A stretch of DNA of 64,000 nucleotides from Eledone cirrhosa (Eukaryota), in contig OZ024750.1 of the NCBI GenBank assembly GCA_964016885.1, positions 38,626,001 through 38,690,000 of the forward strand. Direction: 5' to 3'. Below the pieces are notes generated by a model that saw nothing but the letters and a program-made list of their open reading frames with translations, was not told the origin of the DNA and did not search any database. Numbering within the stretch: the first letter of the stretch is position 1; every line of letters begins with the position of its first letter. A program made the position numbers and the translations under genes. Positions 29,275 to 42,700 of the stretch are shown piece after piece.

Positions 29275-30278
29275 TCTAGTAATGTAGGTACTTGACAGTG
29301 TCTAGTAATGTAGGTACTGGACAGTGTCTTGTAATGTAGGTACAGGACAGTGTCTAGTAATGTAGGTACAGGACAGTGTCTAGTTATGTAGGTACTGGAC
29401 AGTGTCTAGTAATGTAGGTACATGACAGTGTCTAGTAGTGTAGGTACAGGACAGGGTCTAGTAATGTAGGTACAGAAGAGTGTCTAGTAATCTAGGTATT
29501 TGACAGTGTCTAGTAATGTAGGTACTGGACAGTGTCTAGTAGTGTAGGTACAGGACAGTGTCTAGTAGTGTAGGTACAGGACAGTGAATAGTAGTGTAGG
29601 TACAGGACAGTGTCTAGTAATGTAGGTACTGGACAGTGTCTAGTAATGTAGGTACTGGATAGTGTCTAGTAATGTAGGTACTGGACAGTGTCTAGTAGTG
29701 TAGGTACAGGACAGTGTCTAGTAATGTAGGTACAGGACAGTGTCTAGTAGTGTAGGTACAGGACAGTGTCTAGTAATGTAGGTACTTGACAGTGTCTAGT
29801 AATGTAGGTACTGGACAGTGTCTTGTAATGTAGGTACAGGACAGTGTCTAGTAATGTAGGTACAGGACAGTGTCTAGTTATGTAGGTACTGGACAGTGTC
29901 TAGTAATGTAGGTACAGGACAGTGTCTAGTAGTGTAGGTACAGGACAGGGTCTAGTAATGTAGGTACAGAAGAGTGTCTAGTAATCTAGGTATTTGACAG
30001 TGTCTAGTAATGTAGGTACTGGACAGAGTCTAGTAGTGTAGGTACAGGACAGTGTCTAGTAGTGTAGGTACAGGACAGTGAATAGTAGTGTAGGCACAGG
30101 ACAGTGTCTAGTAATGTAGGTACTGGACAGTGTCTAGTAATGTAGGTACTGGACAGTGTCTAGTAATGTAGGTACTGGACAGTGTCTAGTAGTGTAGGTA
30201 CAGGACAGTGTCTAGTAATGTAGGTACAGGACAGTGTCTAGTAGTGTAGGTACAGGACAGTGTCTAGTAATGTAGGTA
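29275..30278 (+). repeat. Higher-order tandem duplication, period 494 bp (19 monomers), 2 copies
   Basis: GTCTTGTAA at 29330/29824 and GTGAATAG at 29588/30082. CAGGGTCT and AGAAGAG are also repeated at the same offset. Confidence 0.85.
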
Positions 30279-30429
30279 TAGGACAGTGTCTACTAATGTA
30301 GGTACTGGACAGTGTCTAGTAATGTAGGTACTGGACAGTGTCTAGTAGTGTAGGTACAGGACAGTGTCTAGTAATGTAGGTACAGGACAGTGTCTAGTAG
30401 TGTAGGTACAGGACAGTGTCTAGTAATGT

Positions 30430-33010
30430 AGGTACTGGACAGTGTCTAGTAATGTAGGTACTGGACAGTGTCTAGTAATGTAGGTACTGGACAGTGTCTA
30501 GTAATGTAGGTACAGGACAGTGTCTAGTAATGTAGGTACAGTACAGTGTCTAGTAATGTATGTACAGGACAGTGTCTAGTAATGTAGGTACAGCACAGTG
30601 TCTAGTGTACTGGACAGTGTCTAGTAGTGTAGGTACTGGACAGTTTCTAGTAGTGTAGGTCCAGGACAGTGTCTAGTAATGTTGGTGCTGGACAGTGTCT
30701 AGTAATGTAGGTACTGGACAATGTCTAGTAATGTAGGTACAGGACAGTGTCTAGTGTACTGGACAGTGTCTAGTAGTGTAGGTACTGGACAGTGTCTAGT
30801 AATTTAGGTACAGGACAGTGTCTAGTAATGTAGGTACTGGACAGTGTCTAGTATGTAGATACAGGACAGTGTCTAGTTATGTAGGTATAGGACAGTGTCT
30901 AGTAATGTAGGTATAGGACAGTGTCTAGTAGTGTAGGTACAGGACAGTGTCTAGTAATGTAGCTACAGGACAGTGTATAGTCATGTAGGTACTGGACAGT
31001 GTCTAGTAATGTAGGTACTGGACAGTGTCTAGTAATGTAGGTACAGGACAGTGTCTAGTAATGTAGGTATAGGACAGTGTCTAGTAATGTAGGTACAGGA
31101 GAATGTCTAGTAATATATGTACAGGACAGTGTCTAGTAATGTAGGTACAGGACAGTGTCTAGTAGTGTAGGTACAGGACAGTGTCTAGTAGTGTAGGTAC
31201 AGGACAGTGTCTAGTAGTGTAGGTACTGGACAGTGTCTAGTAGTGTAGGTACAGGACAGTGTCTAGTAATGTAGGTACGGGACAGTGACTAGTAATGTAG
31301 GTACAGGACAGTGTCTAGTAATGTAGGTACTGGACAGTGCCTAGTAATGTAGGTACTGGACAGTGTCTAGTAATGTAGGTACTGGACAGTGTCTAGTAAT
31401 GTAGGTACTGGACAGTGTCTAGTAATGTAGGTACTGGACAGTGTCTAGTAATGTAGGTACAGGACAGTGACTAGTAATGTAGGTACAGGACAGTGTCTAG
31501 TAATGTAGGTACAGGACAGTGTCTAGTAATGTATGTACAGAAGAGTGTCTAGTAATCTAGGTACTTGACAGTGTCTAGTAATGTAGGTACTGGACAGTGT
31601 CTAGTAGTGTAGGTACAGGACAGTGTCTAGTAGTGTAGGTACAGGACAGTGTCTAGTAGTGTAGGTACAGGACAGTGTCTAGTAATGTAGGTATAGGACA
31701 GTGTCTAGTAATGTAGGTACTGGACAGTGTCTAGTAATGTAGGTACTGGACAGTGTCTAGTAATGTAGGTACAGGACAGTGTCTAGTAATGTAGGTACAG
31801 TACAGTGTCTAGTAATGTATGTACAGGACAGTGTCTAGTAATGTAGGTACAGCACAGTGTCTAGTGTACTGGACAGTGTCTAGTAGTGTAGGTACTGGAC
31901 AGTGTCTAGTAGTGTAGGTCCAGGACAGTGTCTAGTAATGTTGGTGCTGGACAGTGTCTAGTAATGTAGGTACTGGTCAATGTCTAGTAATGTAGGTACA
32001 GGACAGTGTCTAGTGTACTGGACAGTGTCTAGTAGTGTAGGTACTGGACAGTGTCTAGTAATTTAGGTACAGGACAGTGTCTAGTAATGTAGGTACTGGA
32101 CAGTGTCTAGTATGTAGATACAGGACAGTGTCTAGTAATGTAGGTATAGGACAGTGTCTAGTAATGTAGGTATAGGACAGTGTCTAGTAATGTAGGTACA
32201 GGACAGTGTCTAGTAATGAAGGTATAGGACAGTGTCTAGTAGTGTAGGTACAGGACAGTGTCTAGTAATGTAGCTACAGGACAGTGTATAGTCATGTAGG
32301 TACTGGAAAGTGTCTAGTAATGTAGGTACTGGACAGTGTCTAGTAATGTAGGTACAGGACAGTGTCTAGTAATGTAGGTATAGGACAGTGTCTAGTAATG
32401 TAGGTACAGGAGAATGTCTAGTAATATATGTACAGGACAGTGTCTAGTAATGTAGGTACAGGACAGTGTCTAGTAGTGTAGGTACAGGACAGTGTCTAGT
32501 AGTGTAGGTACAGGACAGTGTCTAGTAGTGTAGGTACTGGACAGTGTCTAGTAGTGTAGGTACAGGACAGTGTCTAGTAATGTAGGTACGGGACAGTGAC
32601 TAGTAATGTAGGTACAGGACAGTGTCTAGTAATGTAGGTACTGGACAGTGCCTAGTAATGTAGGTACTGGACAGTGTCTAGTAATGTAGGTACTGGACAG
32701 TGTCTAGTAATGTAGGTACTGGACAGTGTCTAGTAATGTAGGTACTGGACAGTGTCTAGTAATGTAGGTACAGGACAGTGACTAGTAATGTAGGTACAGG
32801 ACAGTGTCTAGTAATGTAGGTACAGGACAGTGTCTAGTAATGTATGTACAGAAGAGTGTCTAGTAATCTAGGTACTTGACAGTGTCTAGTAATGTAGGTA
32901 CTGGACAGTGTCTAGTAGTGTAGGTACAGGACAGTGTCTAGTAGTGTAGGTACAGGACAGTGTCTAGTAGTGTAGGTACAGGACAGTGTCTAGTAATGTA
33001 GGTATAGGAC
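30430..33010 (+). repeat. Higher-order tandem duplication, period 1259 bp rising to 1311 bp (two-monomer indel), 2 copies
   Basis: TACAGTACAG at 30542/31801 (offset 1259). GGAGAATGTC at 31101/32412 and GTGCCTAG at 31340/32651 (offset 1311). Confidence 0.85.
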
Positions 33011-35849
33011 AGTGTCTAGTAATGTAGGTACTGGACAGTGTCTAGTAATGTAGGTACTGGACAGTGTCTAGTAGTGTAGGTACAGGACAGTGTCTAGTAA
33101 TGTAGGTACAGGACAGTGTCTAGTAGTGTAGGTACAGGACAGTGTCTAGTAAGTTAGGTACTGGACAGTGTCTAGTAATGTAGGTACTGGACAGTGTCTA
33201 GTAATGTAGGTACTGGACAGTGTCTAGTAATGTAGGTACAGGACAGTGACTAGTAGTGTAGGTACAGGACAGTGACTAGTAATGTAGGTACTGGACAGTG
33301 TCTAGTAATGTAGGTACAGGACAGTGTCTAGTAATGTAGGTACTTGACAGTGTCTAGTAGTGTAGGTACTTGACAGTGTCTAGTAATGTAGGTACTGGAC
33401 AGTGTCTAGTAATGTAGGTACTGGACAGTGTCTAGTAATGTAGGTACAGGACAGTGTCTAGTGTACTGGACAGTGTCTAGTAGTGTAGGTACTGGACAGT
33501 GTCTAGTAATGTAGGTACAGGACAGTGTCTAGTAATGTAGGTACTGGACAGTGTCTAGTATGTAGATACAGGACAGTGTCTAGTAATGTAGGTACAGGAC
33601 AGTGTCTAGTAATGTAGGTACTGGACAGTGTCTAGTAATGTAGGTACTGGACAGTGTCTAGTAATGTAGGTACAGGACAGAGTCTAGTAATGTATGTATA
33701 GGACAGTGTCTAGTAATGTAGGAACTGGACAGTGTCTAATAGTGTAGGTACTGGACAGTGTCTTGTATGTAGGTACAGGACAGTGTCTAGTAGCGTAGGT
33801 ACAGGACAGTGTCTAGTAATGTAGGTACTGGACAGTGTCGAGTAATGTAGGTACTGGACAGTGTGTAATAGTGTAGGTACTGGACAGTGTCTAGTAATGT
33901 AGGAACTGTTCAGTGTCTAGTAGTGTAGGTACTGGACAGTGTCTAGTATGTAGGTACAGGACAGTGTCTAGTAATGTAGGTACAGGACAGTGTCTAATAG
34001 TGTAGGTACTGGACAGTGTCTAGTAATGTAAGTACAGGACAGTGTCTAGTAATGTAGGTACAGGATAGTGTCTAGTAATGTAGGTAGTGGACAGTGTCTA
34101 GTAATGTAGGTACAGGACAGTCTATAGTAATGTAGGTACAGGACAGTGTCTAGTTATGTAGGTACTGGACTGTCTCTAGTAATGTAGGTACTGGACACTG
34201 TCTATTAATGTAGGTACCGGACAGTGTCTAGTAATGTAGGTACAGAAGAGTGTCTAGTAATCTAGGTACTTGACAGTGTCTAGTAATGTAGGTACTGGAC
34301 AGTGTCTTGTAATGTAGGTACAGGACAGTGTCTAGTAATGTAGGTACAGGACAGTGTCCAGTTATGTAGGTACTGGACAGTGTCTAGTAATGTAGGTACA
34401 GGACAGTGTCTAGTAGTGTAGGTACAGGACAGGGTCTAGTAATGTAGGTACAGAAGAGTGTCTAGTAATCTAGGTATTTGACAGTGACTAGTAATGTAGG
34501 TACTGGACAGTGTCTAGTAGTGTAGGTACAGGACAGTGTCTAGTAGTGTAGGTACAGGACAGTGAATAGTAGTGTAGGTACAGGACAGTGTCTAGTAATG
34601 TAGGTACTGGACAGTGTCTAGTAATGTAGGTACTGGACAGTGTCTAGTAATGTAGGTACTGGACAGTGTCTAGTAGTGTAGGTACAGGACAGTGTCTAGT
34701 AATGTAGGTACAGGACAGTGTCTAGTAGTGTAGGTACAGGACAGTGTCTAGTAATGTAGGTATAGGACAGTGTCTAGTAATGTAGGTACTGGACAGTGTC
34801 TAGTAATGTAGGTACTGGACAGTGTCTAGTAGTGTAGGTACAGGACAGTGTCTAGTAATGTAGGTACAGGACAGTGTCTAGTAGTGTAGGTACAGGACAG
34901 TGTCTAGTAATGTAGGTACTGGACAGTGTCTAGTAATGTAGGTACTGGACAGTGTCTAGTAATGTAGGTACAGGACAGTGTCTAGTAATGTAGGTACAGG
35001 ACAGTGTCTAGTAATGTAGGTACAGGACAGTGTCTAGTAATGTATGTACAGGACAGTGTCTAGTAATGTAGGTACAGCACAGTGTCTAGTGTACTGGACA
35101 GTGTCTAGTAGTGTAGGTACTGGACAGTGTCTAGTAGTGTAGGTCCAGGACAGTGTCTAGTAATGTTGGTGCTGGACAGTGTCTAGTAATGTAGGTACTG
35201 GACAATGTCTAGTAATGTAGGTACAGGACAATGTCTAGTGTACTGGACAGTGTCTAGTAGTGTAGGTACTGGATAGTGTCTAGTAATTTAGGTACAGGAC
35301 AGTGTCTAGTAATGTAGGTACTGGACAGTGTCTAGTATGTAGATACAGGACAGTGTCTAGTAATGTAGGTATAGGACAGTGTCTAGTAATGTAGGTATAG
35401 GACGGTGTCTAGTAATGTAGGTACAGGACAGTGTCTACTAATGAAGGTATAGGACAGTGTCTAGTAGTGTAGGTACAGGACAGTGTCTAGTAATGTAGGT
35501 ACAGGACAGTGTATAGTCATGTAGGTACTGGACAGTGTCTAGTAATGTAGGTACAGGACAGTGTCTAGTAATGTAGGTATAGGACAGTGTCTAGTAATGT
35601 AGGTACAGGAGAATGTCTAGTAATATATGTACAGGACAGTGACTAGTAATGTAGGTACTTGACAGTGACTAGTAATGTAGGTACAGGACAGTGTCTAGTA
35701 GAGTAGGTACAGGACAGTGTCTAGTAATGTAGGTACAGGACAGTGTCTAGTAGTGTAGGTACAGGACAGTGACTAGTAATGTAGGTACAGGACAGTGTCT
35801 AGTAATGTAGGTACAGGACAGTGTCTAGTAATGTAGGTATAGGACAGTG

Positions 35850-38800
35850 TCTAGTAATGTAGGTACTGGACAGTGTCTAGAATGTAGGTACAGGACAGTG
35901 TCTAGTAGTGTAGGTACAGGACAGTGTCTAGTAATGTAGGTACTGGACAGTGTCTAGTATGTAGGTACAGGACAGTGTCTAGTAATGTAAGTACAGGACA
36001 GTGTCTAGTAGTGTAGGGACTGGACAGTGTCTAGTAATGTAGGTACAGGACAGTGACTAGTAATGTAGGTACAGGACAGTGTCTAGTAATGTAGGTACTG
36101 GACAGTGTCTAGTAATGTAGGTACTGGACAGTGTCTAGTAGTGTAGGTACAGGACAGTGTCTAGTAATGTAGGTACTGGACAGTGTCTAGTAGTGTAGGT
36201 ACAGGACATTGTCTAGTGATGTAGGTACTGGACAGTGTCTAGTAGTGTAGGTACAGGACAGTGTCTAGTAATGTAGGTACAGGACAGTGTCTAGAAATGT
36301 AGGTACTTGACAGTGACTAGTAATGTAGGTACAGGACAGTGTCTAGTAATGTAGGTACTGGACAGTGTCTAGTAGTGTAGGTACTGGACAGTGTCTAGTA
36401 ATGTAGGTACTGGACAGTGTCTAGTAGTGTAGGTACAGGACAGTGTCTAGTAATGTAGGTACAGGACAGTGTCTAGTAATGTAGGTACAGGACAGTGACT
36501 AGTAATGTAGGTACAGGACAGTGTCTAGTAATGTAGGTACTTGACAGTGACTAGTAATGTAGGTACAGGATAGTGTCTAGTAATGTAGGTACAGGACAGT
36601 GTCTAGTAATGTAGGTACTTGACAGTGACTAGTAATGTAGGTACAGGACAGTGACTAGTAATGTAGGTTCAGGACAGTGTCTAGTAATGTAGGTACTTGA
36701 CAGTGACTAGTAATGTAGGTACAGGACAGTGTCTAGTAATGTAGGTACAGGACAGTGTCTAGTAATATAGGTACAGGACAGTGTCTAGTAGTGTAGGTAC
36801 TTGACAGTGACTAGTAATGTAGGTACAGGTCAGTGTCTAGTAATGTAGGTACAGGACAGTGTCTAGTAATGTAGGTACTTGACAGTGACTAGTAGTGTAA
36901 GTACAGGACAGTGTCTAGTAATGTAGGTACTGGACAGTGTCTAGTAGTGTAGGTACAGGACAGTGTCTAGTAATGTAGGTACTGGACAGTGTCTAGTATG
37001 TAGGTACAGGACAGTGTCTAGTAATGTAGGTACAGGACAGTGTCTTGTAATATAGGTACAGGACAGTGTCTAGTAATGTAGGTATAGGACAGTGTCTAGT
37101 AATGTAGGTACTGGACAGTGTCTAGTATGTAGGTACAGGACAGTGTCTAGTAGTGTAGGTACAGGACAGTGTCTAGTAATGTAGGTACTGGACAGTGTCT
37201 AGTATGTAGGTACAGGACAGTGTCTAGTAATGTAAGTACAGGACAGTGTCTAGTAATGTAGGTACTGGACAGTGTCTAGTAATGTAGGTACAGGACAGTG
37301 ACTAGTAATGTAGGTACAGGACAGTGTCTAGTAATGTAGGTACTGGACAGTGTCTAGTAATGTAGGTACTGGACAGTGTCTAGTAGTGTAGGTACAGGAC
37401 AGTGTCTAGTAATGTAGGTACTGGACAGTGTCTAGTAGTGTAGGTACAGGACAGTGTCTAGTGATGTAGGTACTGGACAGTGTCTAGTAGTGTAGGTACA
37501 GGACAGTGTCTAGTAATGTAGGTACAGGACAGTGTCTAGAAATGTAGGTACTTGACAGTGACTAGTAATGTAGGTACAGGATTGTGTCTAGTAATGTAGG
37601 TACTGGACAGTGTCTAGTAGTGTAGGTACTGGACAGTGTCTAGTAATGTAGGTACAGGACAGTGACTAGTAATGTAGGTACAGGACAGTGTCTAGTAATG
37701 TAGGTACTTGACAGTGACTAGTAATGTAGGTACAGGATAGTGTCTAGTAATGTAGGTACAGGACAGTGTCTAGTAATGTAGGTACTTGACAGTGACTAGT
37801 AATGTAGGTACAGGACAGTGACTAGTAATGTAGGTTCAGGACAGTGTCTAGTAATGTAGGTACTTGACAGTGACTAGTAATGTATGTACAGGACAGTGTC
37901 TAGTAATGTAGGTACAGGACAGTGTCTAGTAATATAGGTACAGGACAGTGTCTAGTAGTGTAGGTACTTGACAGTGACTAGTAATGTAGGTACAGGTCAG
38001 TGTCTAGTAATGTAGGTACAGGACAGTGTCTAGTAATGTAGGTACTTGACAGTGACTAGTAATGTAGGTACAGGACAGTGTCTAGAATTGTAGGTACTGG
38101 ACAGTGACTAATAATGTAGGTACAGGACAGTGTCTAGTAATGTTGGTACTTGACAGTGACTAGTAATGTAGGTACTTGACAGTGACTAGTAATGTAGGTA
38201 CAGGACAGTGTCTAGTAGAGTAGGTACAGGACAGTGTCTAGTAATGTAGGTACAGGACAGTGTCTAGTAGTGTAGGTACAGGAGAGTGACTAGTAATGTA
38301 GGTACAGGACAGTGTCTAGTAATGTAGGTACTTGACAGTGACTAGTAGTGTAAGTACAGGACAGTGTCTAGTAATGTAGGTACTGGACAGTGTCTAGTAG
38401 TGTAGGTACAGGACAGTGTCTAGTAATGTAGGTACTGGACAGTGTCTAGTATGTAGGTACAGGACAGTGTCTAGTAATGTATGTACAGGACAGTGTCTTG
38501 TAATATAGGTACAGGACAGTGTCTAGTAATGTAGGTATAGGACAGTGTCTAGTAATGTAGGTACTGGACAGTGTCTAGTATGTAGGTACAGGACAGTGTC
38601 TAGTAGTGTAGGTACAGGACAGTGTCTAGTAATGTAGGTACTGGACAGTGTCTAGTATGTAGGTACAGGACAGTGTCTAGTAATGTAAGTACAGGACAGT
38701 GTCTAGTAATGTAGGTACTGGACAGTGTCTAGTATGTAGGTACAGGACAGTGTCTAGTAGTGTAGGTACAGGACAGTGTCTAGTAGTGTAGGGACTGGAC

Positions 38801-39700
38801 AGTGTCTAGTAATGTAGGTACAGGACAGTGTCTAGTAGTGTAGGGACTGGACAGTGTCTAGTAATGTAGGTACAGGACAGTGTCTAGTAATGTAGGTACT
38901 GGACAATGTCTAGTAGTGTAGGTACAGGACAGTGTCTAGTAATGTAGGTACTGGACAGTGTCTAGTAGTGTAGGTACAGGACAGTGTCTAGTGATGTAGG
39001 TACTGGACAGTGTCTAGTAGTGTAGGTACAGGACAGTGTCTAGTAATGTAGGTACAGGACAGTGTCTAGAAATGTAGGTACTTGACAGTGACTAGTAATG
39101 TAGGTACAGGACAGTGTCTAGTAATCTAGGTACTTGACAGTGACTAGTAATGTAGGTACAGGATAGTGTCTAGTAATGTAGGTACAGGACAGTGTCTAGT
39201 AGTGTAGGTACAGGACAGTGTCTAGTAATGTAGGTACAGGACAGTGTCTAGTAATGTAGGTACAGGACAGTGACTAGTAATGTAGGTACAGGACAGTGTC
39301 TAGTAATGTAGGTACTTGACAGTGACTAGTAATGTAGGTACAGGATAGTGTCTAGTAATGTAGGTACAGGACAGTGTCTACTAATGTAGGTACTTGACAG
39401 TGACTAGTAATGTAGGTACAGGACAGTGACTAGTAATGTAGGTTCAGGACAGTGTCTAGTAATGTAGGTACTTGACAGTGACTAGTAATGTAGGTACAGG
39501 ACAGTGTCTAGTAATGTAGGTACAGGACAGTGTCTAGTAATATAGGTACAGGACAGTGTCTAGTAGTGTAGGTACTTGACAGTGACTAGTAATGTAGGTA
39601 CAGGTCAGTGTCTAGTAATGTAGGTACAGGACAGTGTCTAGTAATGTAGGTACTTGACAGTGACTAGTAATGTAGGTACAGGTCAGTGTCTAGTAATGTA
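35850..39700 (+). repeat. Three degenerate copies of a block of about 1.2-1.6 kb
   Basis: CTAGTGATG at 36218/37463/38993 and GGTTCAGG at 36669/37836/39444. CTAGAAATG and AGGTCAG follow in the same order, with offsets varying by whole monomers. Confidence 0.7.
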
Positions 39701-42700
39701 GGTACAGGAGAGTGTCTAGTAATGTAGGTACAGGACAGTGTCTAGTAATGTAGGTACTGGACAGTGTCTAGTAATGTAGGTACTGGACAGTGTCTAGTAG
39801 TGTAGGTACAGGACAGTGTCTAGTAATGTAGGTACAGGATAGTGTCTAGTAATGTAGGTACAGGATAGTGTCTAGTAATGTAGGTACAGGACAGTGTCTA
39901 GTAATGTAGGTACAGGACAGTGTCTAGTAATGTAGGTACTGGACAGTGTCTAGTAATGTAGGTACAGGACAGTCTCTAGTAATGTAGGTACTTGACAGTG
40001 ACTAGTAATGTAGGTACAGGACAGTGTCTAGTAATGTAGGTACTGGATAGTGACTAGTAATGTAGGTACAGGACAGTGTCTAGTAATGTAGGTACTTCAC
40101 AGTGACTAGTAATGTAGGTACAGGACAGTGTCTAGTAATGTAGGTACTTGACAGTGACTAGTAATGTAGGTACAGGACAGTAACTAGTAATGTAGGTACA
40201 GGACAGTGACTAGTAATGTAGGTACAGGATAGTGTCTAGTAATGTAGGTACTTGACAGTGACTAGTAATGTAGGTACAGGATAGTGTCTAGTAATGTAGG
40301 TACAGGACAGTGTCTAGTAATGTAGGTACAGGACAGTGTCTAGTAATGTAGGTACAGGACATTGTCTAGTAATGTAGGTATAGGACAGTGTCTAGTAGTG
40401 TAGGTACAGGACAGTGACTAGTAATGTAGGTAGAGGACAGTGTCTAGTAATGTAGGTACTTGACAGTGACTAGTAATGTAGGTACAGGACAGTGTCTAGT
40501 AATGTAGGTACAGGACAGTGTCTAGTAATGTAGGTACTTGTCAGTGTCTAGTAATGTAGGTACTTGACAGTGACTAGTAATGTAGGTACAGGACAGTGTC
40601 TAGTAATGTAGGTACTAGACAGTGTCTAGTAGTGTAGGTACAGGACAGTGTCTAGTAATGTAGGTACAGGATAGTGTCTAGTAATGTAGGTACTTGACAG
40701 TGATTAGTAATGTAGGTACAGGACAGTGTCTAGTAATGTAGGTACTGGGCAGTGTCTAGTATTGTAGGTACAGGACAGTGTCTAGTAATGTAGGTACAGG
40801 ACAGTGTCTAGTAATGTAGGTACAGGACAGTGTCTAGTAATGTAGGTACAGGACGGTGTCTAGTAATGTAGGTACTTGACAGTGACTAGTAATGTAGGTA
40901 CTGGACAATGACTAGTAGAGTACGTACAGGACAGTGTCTAGTAATGTAGGTACAGGACAGTGTCTAGTAGTGTAGGTACAGGACAGTGACTAGTAATGTA
41001 GGTACTGGACAGTGTCTAGTAGTGTAGGTACAGGACAGTGTCTAGTAATATAGGTACAGGACAGTGTCTAGTAGTGTAGGTACAGGACAGTGTCTAGTAA
41101 TGTAGGTATAGGACAGTGTCTAGTAATGTAGGTACTGGACAGTGTCTAGTAATGTAGGTACTGGACAGTGTCTAGTAGTGTAGGTACAGGACAGTGTCTA
41201 GTAATGTAGGTACAGGACAGTGTCTAGTAGTGTAGGTACAGGACAGTGTCTAGTAATGTAGGTACTGGACAGTGTCTAGTAATGTAGGTACTGGACAGTG
41301 TCTAGTAATGTAGGTACAGGACAGTGTCTAGTAATGTAGGTACAGGACAGTGTCTAGTAATGTATGTACAGGACAGTGTCTAGTAATGTAGGTACAGCAC
41401 AGTGTCTAGTGTACTGGACAGTGTCTAGTAGTGTAGGTACTGGACAGTGTCTAGTAGTGTAGGTCCAGGACAGTGTCTAGTAATGTTGGTGCTGGACAGT
41501 GTCTAGTAATGTAGGTACTGGACAATGTCTAGTAATGTAGGTACAGGACAATGTCTAGTGTACTGGACAGTGTCTAGTAGTGTAGGTACTGGATAGTGTC
41601 TAGTAATTTAGGTACAGGACAGTGTCTAGTAATGTAGGTACTGGACAGTGTCTAGTATGTAGATACAGGACAGTGTCTAGTAATGAAGGTATAGGACAGT
41701 GTCTAGTAGTGTAGGTACAGGACAGTGTCTAGTAATGTAGGTACAGGACAGTGTATAGTCATGTAGGTACTGGACAGTGTCTAGTAATGTAGGTACAGGA
41801 CAGTGTCTAGTAATGTAGGTATAGGACAGTGTCTAGTAGTGTAGGTACAGGACAGTGTCTAGTAGTGTAGGTACAGGACAGTGTCTAGTAGTGTAGGTAC
41901 TGGACAGTGTCTAGTAGTGTAGGTACTGGACAGTGTCTAGTAGTGTAGGTACAGGACCGTGTCTAGTAATGTAGGTACTGGACAATGACTAGTAATGTAG
42001 GTACAGGACAGTGTCTAGAATTGTAGGTACTGGACAGTGACTAATAATGTAGGTACAGGACAGTGTCTAGTAATGTAGGTACTTGACAGTGACTAGTAAT
42101 GTAGGTACTTGACAGTGACTAGTAATGTAGGTACAGGACAGTGTCTAGTAGAGTAGGTACAGGACAGTGTATAGTAATGTAGGTACAGGACAGTGTCTAG
42201 TAGTGTAGGTACAGGACAGTGACTAGTAATGTAGGTACAGGACAGTGTCTAGTAATTTAGGTACTTGACAGTGACTAGTAGTGTAAGTACAGGACAGTGT
42301 CTAGTAATGTAGGTACTGGACAGTGTCTAGTAGTGTAGGTACAGGACAGTGTCTAGTAATGTAGGTACTGGACAGTGTCTAGTATGTAGGTACAGGACAG
42401 TGTCTAGTAATGTAGGTACAGGACAGTGTCTTGTAATATAGGTACAGGACAGTGTCTAGTAATGTAGGTATAGGACAGTGTCTAGTAATGTAGGTACTGG
42501 ACAGTGTCTAGTATGTAGGTACAGGACAGTGTCTAGTAGTGTAGGTACAGGACAGTGTCTAGTAATGTAGGTACTGGACAGTGTCTAGTATGTAGGTACA
42601 GGACAGTGTCTAGTAATGTAAGTACAGGACAGTGTCTAGTAATGTAGGTACTGGACAGTGTCTAGTATGTAGGTACAGGACAGTGTCTAGTAGTGTAGGT

